DNA of 36,090 bases from positions 533-36,622 of the forward strand of contig CAVFDV010000004.1 of assembly GCA_963621315.1 (NCBI GenBank), given 5' to 3'. The notes below the pieces were generated by a model. The model had not been told where the DNA came from. It saw nothing but the letters and a program-made list of their open reading frames with translations, and ran no database searches. The translations under genes were made by a program, and so were the position numbers. This DNA comes from Oscillibacter sp. MSJ-31. Its GTDB lineage: Bacteria > Actinomycetota > Coriobacteriia > Coriobacteriales > QAMH01. This document shows, piece by piece, positions 13,983-21,440 of the stretch (positions are counted from its first letter, which is position 1; every line of letters begins with the position of its first letter).

Positions 13983-14835
13983 CCCCCTGCATATCGAACA
14001 CGGCTGCGCGCACGGCGGCGAGCCCTACCTGCCCCTCGTGTGCAAGGTCGTCTCCATCGTCGAGGAGACCTCCGACGTGAAGACCTTCCGCCTGCAGACC
14101 CTCGACGGACGCCGCCCCTTCGACTCCAAGCCCGGCCAGCTGGCCATGTTCAGCTTCGTGCCGGAAGGCGAGTCGATGTTTTGCATCTCGGGCACCGGCG
14201 AGGACTACGTGGAGTTCACGGTGAAGAAGGTCGGCCGCGTGACCGAGCGCCTGCATGCCTGCGAGGTGGGCGCGCAGGTGGGCTTGCGCGGGCCGTACGG
14301 CAACTGGTTTCCCTACGAGTCGTGCAAGGGGCGCGATTTGCTTTTCGTGGGCGGCGGCATAGGCATGCCGCCCGTGCGCAGCTTCGCCTTGTGGTGCATC
14401 GAGCACCGCGGCGACTACGGGCACATCGACTTCGTCTACTCGGCGTCCACCTACGCCGACCTCGTATGCCGCGAGGACCTGTTCGAGCGGTGGCCGAAGG
14501 TCGACGACATGAACGTCTACACGAGCGTCTACCACGCCGACGGCGTCCACGACGTGCCGGAAGGCTACACGGCGCCGTTCATGGAGACGCTGCCGATCCA
14601 GGTGTCCGACAACAGCGTGGCCGTCTTGTGCGGCGGGCCGTCGCTGTACCGCACCTGCTCGGAGCAGCTGCTGAAGATGGGCTTTGCGCCCGAGCAGATC
14701 GTGACGACGCTGGAGATGCGCATGAAGTGCGGCGTGGGCAAGTGCGGGCGTTGCAACGTGGGCAGCCGCTACATATGCCTCGACGGGCCGGTCTTCACCC
14801 GCGCCGAGATCGACGAGATGGAAAAGGGTGCCTAG
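13975..14835 (+). CDS. flxA: FlxA-like FAD/NAD(P)-binding oxidoreductase with C-terminal 2Fe-2S motif (AsrB / PyrK / sulfhydrogenase-gamma-like)
   Basis: AGGAGG lies upstream, and the ATG overlaps the flxB end by 8 nt. It has a ferredoxin-reductase-type fold (RPFDSKPGQ, LLFVGGGIGMPP). The C-terminal motif is CGVGKCGRC-x-VG-x4-C. Confidence 0.85.
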   Translation: MPSPLHIEHGCAHGGEPYLPLVCKVVSIVEETSDVKTFRLQTLDGRRPFDSKPGQLAMFSFVPEGESMFCISGTGEDYVEFTVKKVGRVTERLHACEVGAQVGLRGPYGNWFPYESCKGRDLLFVGGGIGMPPVRSFALWCIEHRGDYGHIDFVYSASTYADLVCREDLFERWPKVDDMNVYTSVYHADGVHDVPEGYTAPFMETLPIQVSDNSVAVLCGGPSLYRTCSEQLLKMGFAPEQIVTTLEMRMKCGVGKCGRCNVGSRYICLDGPVFTRAEIDEMEKGA

Positions 14836-15185
14836 CCGGCGAACGCGAACACGGCGACGCCGCCCAAGATCAGGCACAGCGCGAGCAGCTTCCTTTTCGA
14901 GACGCGCTCGCCGAAGATGGTCGCGCCGAAAATGGTCACGTAGACATAGCTCGTCGCCTCGAGCACAGGACCTAAGGATATGGGCAGCTCGCGGTAGGCG
15001 AAGATCTTCATCAGGGTGCACACGAAGAGGATCGAGTAGCCGCCGACGACATAGGGGTTCAGGTACTCGCGCACAAACGAGGCGTGCTTCTTCAACGCCG
15101 ACTTCTTCAACAGCACCTGGGCTATGGAGCTGATGAAGACGTTCACCAGCATGACGAGGATGTAGATGGCAAGGGTCGGGCTCAT
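14832..15185 (-). CDS. 4-TM DMT/SMR-like half-transporter (EamA- or ArnE/F-like), 117 aa
   Basis: It has four hydrophobic helices. Its start forms an ATGA overlap with the upstream gene's stop. Its stop codon (14832-14834) overlaps the convergent flxA stop (14833-14835). Confidence 0.7.
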   Translation of the reverse strand: MSPTLAIYILVMLVNVFISSIAQVLLKKSALKKHASFVREYLNPYVVGGYSILFVCTLMKIFAYRELPISLGPVLEATSYVYVTIFGATIFGERVSKRKLLALCLILGGVAVFAFAG

Positions 15186-15652
15186 GCGCGCCCCCCGTCT
15201 TCGCCTTCGTCTTCATCCGGGCGCTTCTTCGGGTGCGCCTCCGGACGCGCCTTGGGGCTCGTCTGCGAGCCTGTCTGCGGGCGCGTCTGAGGACGCGTCG
15301 CGTCTTTTTCGGAGCACACGAACAAGACGATGCCCGCCACGACGAGCACGGCGCCGACGACCTTGCCGGGTGTGAGCGCCTCGCCGAACAGCGCCACGCC
15401 CCAGAAAAGCCCCCACACGATGGTGATGGCCTTGTTCGCGAACGCGGTCGAAAGCGGCATGCGCCTGATGACCTGCTGCCAGCCGAGCGCGTAGACGCCC
15501 ATCAAGACGAGCACGCCGAACCACAGGGCCAGAAACGGGACGCTGAAGAAGTCCGCGCCCGCCGCGTACTTGCTCAAGACGTCGGTGCACGACCAGATGG
15601 CGAGCATCACGTGCAAGACGACGAGCACGAGTATGCGGTGCGGGCCTTTCAC
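15182..15652 (-). CDS. 4-TM DMT/SMR-like half-transporter with a (R/G)(P/S)QT-repeat acidic tail, 156 aa
   Basis: The GTG at 15652 forms a GTGA overlap with the vanZ-like stop. The upstream 27 codons of the track ORF are an Arg-rich shadow. The tail is encoded by 12-bp tandem repeats at 15261-15296. Confidence 0.65.
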   Translation of the reverse strand: MKGPHRILVLVVLHVMLAIWSCTDVLSKYAAGADFFSVPFLALWFGVLVLMGVYALGWQQVIRRMPLSTAFANKAITIVWGLFWGVALFGEALTPGKVVGAVLVVAGIVLFVCSEKDATRPQTRPQTGSQTSPKARPEAHPKKRPDEDEGEDGGRA

Positions 15653-16275
15653 GAGACGTCTCGTCCTTTCCCCTTCTTGAAGCGCGCGTATGCCGCGAGG
15701 GCGGCCAGCGCGGCGCCGGCGGCGGCACCGCAAGAGTCTATCCCTACATCCGAGAGAAGTCCTGCGCGGCCGGGCACGAAAAGCTGGTGGAACTCGTCGC
15801 TTGCGGCATAGAGCGCCGAGAAGGCGAAGGCGGTCAGGGCGGTGAAGGGGAAAACGCGGGCCGCATGCGCCCCCTCGCCCACGCCGGCGGGCGCGCTCCC
15901 CTCCGCAGCTCCGCGCCGCTTTCCGTCCGCATCCCCGATGGGGGCGTTTTCACCCGCACGGCGGGACAGCATGGCGCGCGCCTGCGAGAAAGTGGCGTAG
16001 GCCAGGGCCGCCAAGATGGCGTATTCGGCGACGTGGGCGCCCTTGCGCACGGGCAGGCTCATGCGCGACAGAAGCTCGGCGCGCGCGTCTTGCGGCATCT
16101 TTGCCCAATCCGGGCAGAAGAGCTGCGCCAGCCAGGCGGCCACGCTCTCGCTCATCCCGCCCGAGGCGCCGCCTGTTTTCGCCGACATGTGGAAAATGAA
16201 GCCCATCCACAAAAGCAGCGCCGCCGCCGCGACGACGAGCTTCACCCGCCCTATGTTTGGAGCCGACCTGCCCAT
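15649..16275 (-). CDS. VanZ family membrane protein (208 aa)
   Basis: VanZ-type features include N-terminal FIFHMS, central KGAHVAEYAILA and C-terminal DEFHQLFVPGR...D. It has four hydrophobic segments. The start at 16275 is tentative. Confidence 0.75.
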   Translation of the reverse strand: MGRSAPNIGRVKLVVAAAALLLWMGFIFHMSAKTGGASGGMSESVAAWLAQLFCPDWAKMPQDARAELLSRMSLPVRKGAHVAEYAILAALAYATFSQARAMLSRRAGENAPIGDADGKRRGAAEGSAPAGVGEGAHAARVFPFTALTAFAFSALYAASDEFHQLFVPGRAGLLSDVGIDSCGAAAGAALAALAAYARFKKGKGRDVS

Positions 16276-16583
16276 TTCCTCGTTTCATGCCTCCTCGGGA
16301 TGCGCGGCGGGCCAAAAGCGCGCCGCGGCCTTCACCAGCCTTGCGCCGCGCGCCGCGCGCCGCGCGCTGTTCGCTGCTCTCTACTCGTTGCTCGTCGCCT
16401 ACCGCTCGGTTTCACGGCGCATGCACATGCCGCGCCCCGCCGTCTTGCGCAAGCCCACGCGCACATCGCAGCGCCTGCGTGCGACATTCGCCGCGACAGT
16501 GTGGCACAAACGCCGCCCGCGCGTCTCGGGGCAGGAGAACCCCTCGCGCCCCATGGCGGCGCCGGCAGGCGGAGAATCCCCCG

Positions 16584-16612
16584 TGCCTACATACTGGCAT
16601 CGGTCTTATACT
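16584..16612 (+). promoter_or_regulatory. candidate sigma-70-type promoter for the CMD/ArsS pair
   Basis: TGCCTA (16584-16589), a 17-nt spacer, then TATACT (16607-16612), 40 nt upstream of the ATG at 16653. The -35 is weak. Confidence 0.3.
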
Positions 16613-16652
16613 ATGGGGCAGCAAGTACCGCAACGCGAAAGGAGCGCACACC

Positions 16653-16991
16653 ATGGAAAGCTACTACAATCCCGAAGACCTCGCCAAGTTCAGCCCGGCA
16701 GGCGTCGGCTCTGTCAAGCCGGAGCTGTTCGAGAAGTTCATGGGCTGGTACGGCGACGTGTTCAAGGACGGCGCCTTGACCGAGCGCGAGAAGGACCTGA
16801 TCGCCTTTGCCGTGGCCTCCGCCCTGCAATGCCCCTATTGCATCGACGCCTACACGAACGCCTCGCTCGAGCACGGCGCCGACGAGGAGCAGCTGACCGA
16901 GACCTTGCACGTGGCGGCCGCCATACGCGGCGGGGCGGCGCTCGCGCACGGCGTGCAGATGCGCAACGTCATCGAGAAGGTCGATTTCTGA
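16653..16991 (+). CDS. AhpD/carboxymuconolactone-decarboxylase-fold CxxC protein (arsenosugar-biosynthesis-associated peroxidase-like family), 112 aa
   Basis: AGGAG lies 9 nt upstream. The CMD-type motif is ALQCPYCIDAY. It is translationally coupled (TGATG) to the downstream radical SAM gene. Confidence 0.85.
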   Translation: MESYYNPEDLAKFSPAGVGSVKPELFEKFMGWYGDVFKDGALTEREKDLIAFAVASALQCPYCIDAYTNASLEHGADEEQLTETLHVAAAIRGGAALAHGVQMRNVIEKVDF

Positions 16992-17965
16992 TGGCCGCCG
17001 AAGACGTCGCGGCTGCGCTCGGGTCCGTCTCGCCCTTCGTCGAGCGCGTGCCGAAGGAGTGCCGCGTCACGGGCGGGCAACTGCATACCCTGCAGGTGAA
17101 CCTCGGCTACATGTGCAACCTGGCCTGCAAGCATTGCCATCTGCAATGCAGCCCCACGCGCGTCGAGATGATGGGCCGCGACGTGATGGAGGCGTGCCTT
17201 GACGCCTTCGAGACGGGCGGCTTTTCCAGCATGGACATCACGGGCGGCGCGCCGGAGATGCACCCGGACTACGAGTGGTTTCTGGGCGAGGTGCATGCGC
17301 GGGGCATACGGCCCATATGCCGCACGAACCTGTGCATATTGACCGAGCCTGCCTACGAGAAATTCGCCCGGCTCTACGCCGATTTCGACGTGCGCCTCAT
17401 GGCGTCGATGCCCTACTACTCGGCGCGCACGGTGGACAAGGTGCGCGGGGACGGCGTCTTCGAGCGCAACATCGAGGCCGCCCGGCGCCTAAACGAGCTG
17501 GGATTCGGCACCGGCAAACACGAGCTGGTCTTCGTCTACAACCCGGCCGGCGCGGTCCTGCCCCCGTCGCAGGATTCGGCCGAGGCCGAGTTCAAGGCAA
17601 AGCTCGCCGACGAGTTCGGGATGCGCTTCGACACCCTCATCGCCATCGCCAACAACCCTTCCGGGCGCTTTGCCGAGCGTCTGGCCGCGCGCGGCAACCT
17701 CTCGGGCTACATGAAGCGGCTGGCGGGCGCCTTCAACGAGGCCACCTGCGAGGGCATGATGTGCCGCGACCAGGTCAGCGTGGACTGGCAGGGCAGATGC
17801 TACGACTGCGACTTCAACCAGGCGCTGGGGCTGCCCATCGCGGGCGGCACGACCATCTTCGATCTGGCGAAGGCGGCGCCGGGGCAGCGCGAGATAGTCT
17901 TTGCCAACCACTGCTATGGCTGCTGCGCGGGCGCCGGCTCGAGCTGCGGCGGCGCGACGGCATAG
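16991..17965 (+). CDS. arsS: radical SAM/Cys-rich domain protein of the ArsS family, 324 aa
   Basis: The radical SAM motif is CNLACKHC. The C-terminal Cys-rich region reads CEGMMCRDQVSVDWQGRCYDCDFN ... NHCYGCCAGAGSSCGG. Only the last 324 codons of the 649-aa track ORF are credible. Confidence 0.85.
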   Translation: MAAEDVAAALGSVSPFVERVPKECRVTGGQLHTLQVNLGYMCNLACKHCHLQCSPTRVEMMGRDVMEACLDAFETGGFSSMDITGGAPEMHPDYEWFLGEVHARGIRPICRTNLCILTEPAYEKFARLYADFDVRLMASMPYYSARTVDKVRGDGVFERNIEAARRLNELGFGTGKHELVFVYNPAGAVLPPSQDSAEAEFKAKLADEFGMRFDTLIAIANNPSGRFAERLAARGNLSGYMKRLAGAFNEATCEGMMCRDQVSVDWQGRCYDCDFNQALGLPIAGGTTIFDLAKAAPGQREIVFANHCYGCCAGAGSSCGGATA

Positions 17966-18011
17966 GGCGCGGCCCGCAAGAGCCGCAGCTTCCGGCTTTT
18001 CGCACCCCCGG

Positions 18012-18060
18012 GAAAAAGAAGCAGGCCAGACGGTTTGCATCGTCTGGCCTGCGCGTTTTC
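18012..18060. terminator. bidirectional rho-independent terminator (ArsS operon on plus, tRNA operon on minus)
   Basis: The 12-bp perfect stem is GCAGGCCAGACG (18021-18032) / CGTCTGGCCTGC (18041-18052) with an 8-nt loop. GAAAAAGAA lies on the left and GCGTTTTC on the right. Confidence 0.7.
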
Positions 18061-18062
18061 GA

Positions 18063-18137
18063 TGGTGGGCGATACTGGGATCGAACCAGTGGCCTCTTCC
18101 GTGTCAGGGAAGCGCGCTCCCGCTGCGCCAATCGCCC
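18063..18137 (-). tRNA. tRNA-Val (anticodon GAC), CCA encoded
   Basis: I folded the cloverleaf by hand: acceptor GGGCGAT/ATCGCCC, anticodon stem CTTCC/GGAAG with loop CTGACAC, T-arm ACTGG-TTCGATC-CCAGT. Length 75 nt. Confidence 0.95.
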
Positions 18138-18142
18138 AATGT

Positions 18143-18216
18143 TGGAGGCGACGACCGGAATCGAACCGGTGATAAGGGCTTTGCAGGCCCCTGCCTTACC
18201 GCTTGGCCACGTCGCC
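18143..18216 (-). tRNA. tRNA-Cys (anticodon GCA), CCA encoded
   Basis: Acceptor GGCGACG/CGTCGCC, anticodon loop CTGCAAA, T-arm CCGG-TTCGATT-CCGG. Length 74 nt. Confidence 0.95.
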
Positions 18217-18292
18217 GTCTTTTCCACGCGCGCAAAGCCCCTTCGTGAAAAAGAAGCCGCCGCCGAGACGGGCGACGGCCTCGCATTTACGA

Positions 18293-18368
18293 TGGAGCGG
18301 AAGACGGGACTCGAACCCGCGACCCCAACCTTGGCAAGGTTGTGCTCTACCAACTGAGCCACTTCCGC
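18293..18368 (-). tRNA. tRNA-Gly (anticodon GCC), CCA encoded
   Basis: Acceptor GCGGAAG/CTTCCGC, anticodon stem CAACC/GGTTG with loop TTGCCAA, T-arm GCGGG-TTCGAGT-CCCGT. Length 76 nt. Confidence 0.95.
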
Positions 18369-18380
18369 ACGCGAGTTGCT

Positions 18381-18408
18381 ATCTTAGCAAATCTGCGGCC
18401 TGCGTCAA
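18381..18408 (-). promoter_or_regulatory. promoter of the tRNA-Gly/Cys/Val operon
   Basis: On the minus strand: TTGACG (18408-18403), a 16-nt spacer, then TAAGAT (18386-18381). The mature tRNA-Gly 5-prime end lies 12 nt downstream. Confidence 0.6.
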
Positions 18409-18615
18409 ACGAGAAATTCAAGCTTTTTCATTTCCCGCACGCAAGGGCGCACGCAGCCCCTGCATGCGGACCCGCACGCAGCCCCTTTCCGCACGCGCCA
18501 TGCGCCATAGGGCAGGCGGCCCGATACGGGCAGACGGCGCGCCCCGTAGCGCGAGCGTCCGCGCGCCCAGTCAATGTAGGCAGGCCACCGCCCCGCAGCG
18601 CGAACGCCCGCGCGC

Positions 18616-19899
18616 CTAGTACGGGTGGTAGTCCTTGCCCACCACCACGAGTATGTCGCCGTTGAAGCTGTAGCGGGCCGCCGAGCGCACGGCACGCCCC
18701 TGCCCCAAGTCGCTGACCAGCAGCTCGGCCATCGCCCTGTCGCCGTCGTCTTTGTAGACCACCAGCGTCTCGGTGTAGACGAACTGCGCCGCGTTGCCCG
18801 TGCTCTCGATCTGCCAGCCCAGCTTCTTCAGCTGGTTCTTGCAATCGTCGGCCACGCCGGCCACGCCCACGCCGTTCCAGATGGTCACCTTGTTGCTCGC
18901 GCGGACCTCCTCGTTGTCGCTGGTCTCGGCATCCGAGGCCACGGGCGTCATCCCGCTTTGCACGCGCGCGACCATCGTGTTCCAGCTCTCGCTGTCCACC
19001 ACCGAATACGTCGCGCCGTCGATGTCTTGTTGCGAGACGGGCATGTCCTGGAAGCGCAGGTTTTGGGAGAGGTCGGCGCCGCGCAGGGTCTGGAGCGCCT
19101 GTGAGAGCGTGCCGGCGTCGAAATCCCCGCCCACGCAGCCGGCGATCGTCTGCGCCTGGCTCTTTATCTGCTCGCTCGACGACGCGGCCACCTTGCCCAA
19201 CAGCTCGGAAAGCACCGCGCGGTCGTCTGATTGCACGGGGTCGGCGGACAGCGACAGCGCCGGCAGCAGCTTTTCGACGCCACCCTGGTTTATCTCCATG
19301 TAGTGGGCGACCTCGATGCCGGCAAGCTTCTTCACCGCCGCGACCAAGCCGGCCTCTTCCAGCAGGTCGGCGGCCTCGGAAAGCTTGTGGTAGCCGTAGC
19401 CGTCGATGTAGATGCGCGTATCGGCGGGCAGCCACAGAAACGTGATGGTCTTGTCGCTCGGGCGCAAGTAGCCCAAGGCGATCGACTCGATGTCGCCGCG
19501 CCCGTACTCCGCCGTCTCGGACGTGGTGCGCACGAGCAAAGTCCACGAGGCCGATTGCGCGCTGTCCACGTCGGCAAGCGCGGACTGCAGCGATTGCGCG
19601 TCCACCTTGGGCACTATCGAGTTTTTCACCGTGTGGTAGTAGACGAGCATGCCCACCCCCACGGACAGCGCGAGGGCCGCGGCGACGACGAGGACCACCT
19701 TCACGATGCGCATGGGGCGCGAGGCGGTCTTTTTGGCCTCGGCCGCGCCGGACGCGCTGCGGCGCTGGGTGAAGTTGCCCTTGCCGCGCGTCGATATCTG
19801 CAGGCCGTGCTGGTCTTTCATCGAGCCGCCCGGCAGGTTGCGGGCACCCGAGACGCGCGACCCCCTCACAGATCCTATGTCGAGTCCCTTTCGGCGCAT
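18616..19899 (-). CDS. LCP (LytR-CpsA-Psr) family cell-envelope glycopolymer transferase with LytR_C-like C-terminal domain, 427 aa
   Basis: The ATG at 19899 has GAGGGGGAA 7 nt upstream. It has a basic N-terminus and one TM anchor (IVKVVLVVAAALALSVGVGMLVYY). The C-terminus reads KVTIWNGVGVAGVADD ... ILVVVGKDY. The 944-aa track ORF is an artefact that runs on into an alternative frame of murA. Confidence 0.85.
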   Translation of the reverse strand: MRRKGLDIGSVRGSRVSGARNLPGGSMKDQHGLQISTRGKGNFTQRRSASGAAEAKKTASRPMRIVKVVLVVAAALALSVGVGMLVYYHTVKNSIVPKVDAQSLQSALADVDSAQSASWTLLVRTTSETAEYGRGDIESIALGYLRPSDKTITFLWLPADTRIYIDGYGYHKLSEAADLLEEAGLVAAVKKLAGIEVAHYMEINQGGVEKLLPALSLSADPVQSDDRAVLSELLGKVAASSSEQIKSQAQTIAGCVGGDFDAGTLSQALQTLRGADLSQNLRFQDMPVSQQDIDGATYSVVDSESWNTMVARVQSGMTPVASDAETSDNEEVRASNKVTIWNGVGVAGVADDCKNQLKKLGWQIESTGNAAQFVYTETLVVYKDDGDRAMAELLVSDLGQGRAVRSAARYSFNGDILVVVGKDYHPY

Positions 19900-19949
19900 G
19901 GTGAAGTTCCCCCTCGATGCGACGACGCTTCCGGCAAAGCGCCCGGCGT

Positions 19950-21239
19950 TCAGGCGAGCGCCTCGCGCCGCACCCTGGCGCCTGCCCGCACGAGCTTGCC
20001 CACGAAGTCGTCGTAGCCCCGGTCGATGTGGTGGATGGAGCCGACGCGCGTCTGGCCGTCGGCGACAAGACCTGCCAGCACGAGCGCCGCCCCGCCGCGC
20101 AAATCGGGCGCCTCGACGGGCGCGCCGGAGAGCTTTTCCACGCCGGCGACGAGGGCATGGTGGCCGTCTATGCGGATGTCGGCGCCCATGCGCACCAGCT
20201 CGGCGGCGAACATGAAGCGGTTCTCGAAGACGTTTTCCGTGACGATGGAGTTGCCGTGCGCGAGCGCGGCAAGCACCATGTACTGCGCCTGCAAATCGGT
20301 GGGAAAGCCGGGATGCGGCAGGGTCTGGATGTCGGCGGGCAGGATGTCGCCCGTGCGCTCGACGGTGATGCGCTCGCCCTCGCTTACCACGTCGCAGCCC
20401 ATCTGCTGGAGTTTTTTCAAGGCGAGCACGAGGTAGTCGGGCTGCACGCCCTCGACGGTCAAAGGCCCGCCCGTCAGGGCGCCGGCCACGAGGAAGGTCC
20501 CCGCCTCGATGCGGTCGCCGCAGGTGCGGTGCCGGCCGGCCGGGTGCAGCTCTTGCACGCCGGCTATCGTGATGTTGGGCGTGCCCGCGCCGTGCACCTC
20601 GGCGCCCATCTCGTTGAGGAAGTCCGCGAGGTCGACGATCTCGGGCTCGCAGGCGGCGTTGCGTATGCGCGTCTCGCCTTGCGCCGTGACGGCGGCCATC
20701 ATCAGGTTTTCCGTCGCGCCCACGCTGGGAAACTCCAACAGCACCTCGGCGCCGCGCAGGCCGTTGGGCGTGGAGGCCTCGATGAAGCCGTGGTCGACGT
20801 CGAACTCGACGCCCAGGGCCTCGAGGCTGGAGATGTGCATGTCGAGCTTGCGCGAGCCGATGTTGCAGCCGCCCGGCATGGCGACGCGCGCGCAGCCGAA
20901 GCGGGTGACGAGCGGGCCTAGGATGGAGATGGAGGCGCGCATCTTGGCCACGAGCTTGTAGGGCGTCTCGTAGCTGGTCAGGTTCGCCGTGTCGATGAGG
21001 ACCGAGCCGGGCTGGCCGTCTGCCGCGGGCGCGACGCGCTCCACCTTCGCCCCGATGGTGGTCAGCACCTCTTCCATCACGTGGACGTCGGATATGTCGG
21101 GCACGTTGTCGATGCGCACCTGCCCCGCGCCCATCACCGACGCCGCCATCAGCTTCAACACGGAGTTCTTCGCCCCGCCGATGTGCACGGTGCCGGACAG
21201 GGGATACCCCCCGGTGACGACTATCTGCTCTTCGGGCAC
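19950..21239 (-). CDS. murA: UDP-N-acetylglucosamine 1-carboxyvinyltransferase
   Basis: The N-terminus reads GGYPLSGTVHIGGAKNSVLKLMAA. The active-site loop is MPGGCNIGSRKLDMH, with the catalytic Cys. The start is a GTG with GGAGGG upstream. Length 429 aa. Confidence 0.95.
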   Translation of the reverse strand: MPEEQIVVTGGYPLSGTVHIGGAKNSVLKLMAASVMGAGQVRIDNVPDISDVHVMEEVLTTIGAKVERVAPAADGQPGSVLIDTANLTSYETPYKLVAKMRASISILGPLVTRFGCARVAMPGGCNIGSRKLDMHISSLEALGVEFDVDHGFIEASTPNGLRGAEVLLEFPSVGATENLMMAAVTAQGETRIRNAACEPEIVDLADFLNEMGAEVHGAGTPNITIAGVQELHPAGRHRTCGDRIEAGTFLVAGALTGGPLTVEGVQPDYLVLALKKLQQMGCDVVSEGERITVERTGDILPADIQTLPHPGFPTDLQAQYMVLAALAHGNSIVTENVFENRFMFAAELVRMGADIRIDGHHALVAGVEKLSGAPVEAPDLRGGAALVLAGLVADGQTRVGSIHHIDRGYDDFVGKLVRAGARVRREALA

Positions 21240-21401
21240 GCGACCCTCCCTTTTCCCATGCGGCCCGCATCGCGGGCGTATCCGAAACGGGCGTGGCGGG
21301 CAGCTCTCGCGCCGCGCCGCTCCCGCCGCCTCCGCTCCAGGCTCTCTCGCTTTTCCAGGCCGGTGAGTGTAGCAGACAGATGTGCAGCGGATGCGAAGGG
21401 T

Positions 21402-21440
21402 GAAAAAGGGCGCCCGCCCCCCGCGACGAGGGCAGGCGCC
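21402..21440 (-). terminator. rho-independent terminator downstream of hcp
   Basis: On the minus strand, the stem GGCGCCTGCCC / GGGCGGGCGCC (plus-strand 21430-21440 and 21409-21419, one bulge) is followed by CTTTTTC (plus-strand 21402-21408). Confidence 0.6.

Noticed and set aside
17966-18615. Integrated element at the tRNA cluster
   Set aside because: No integrase, no direct repeat of a tRNA 3-prime end and no compositional break is visible on either side. The flanks are ordinary chromosomal genes.
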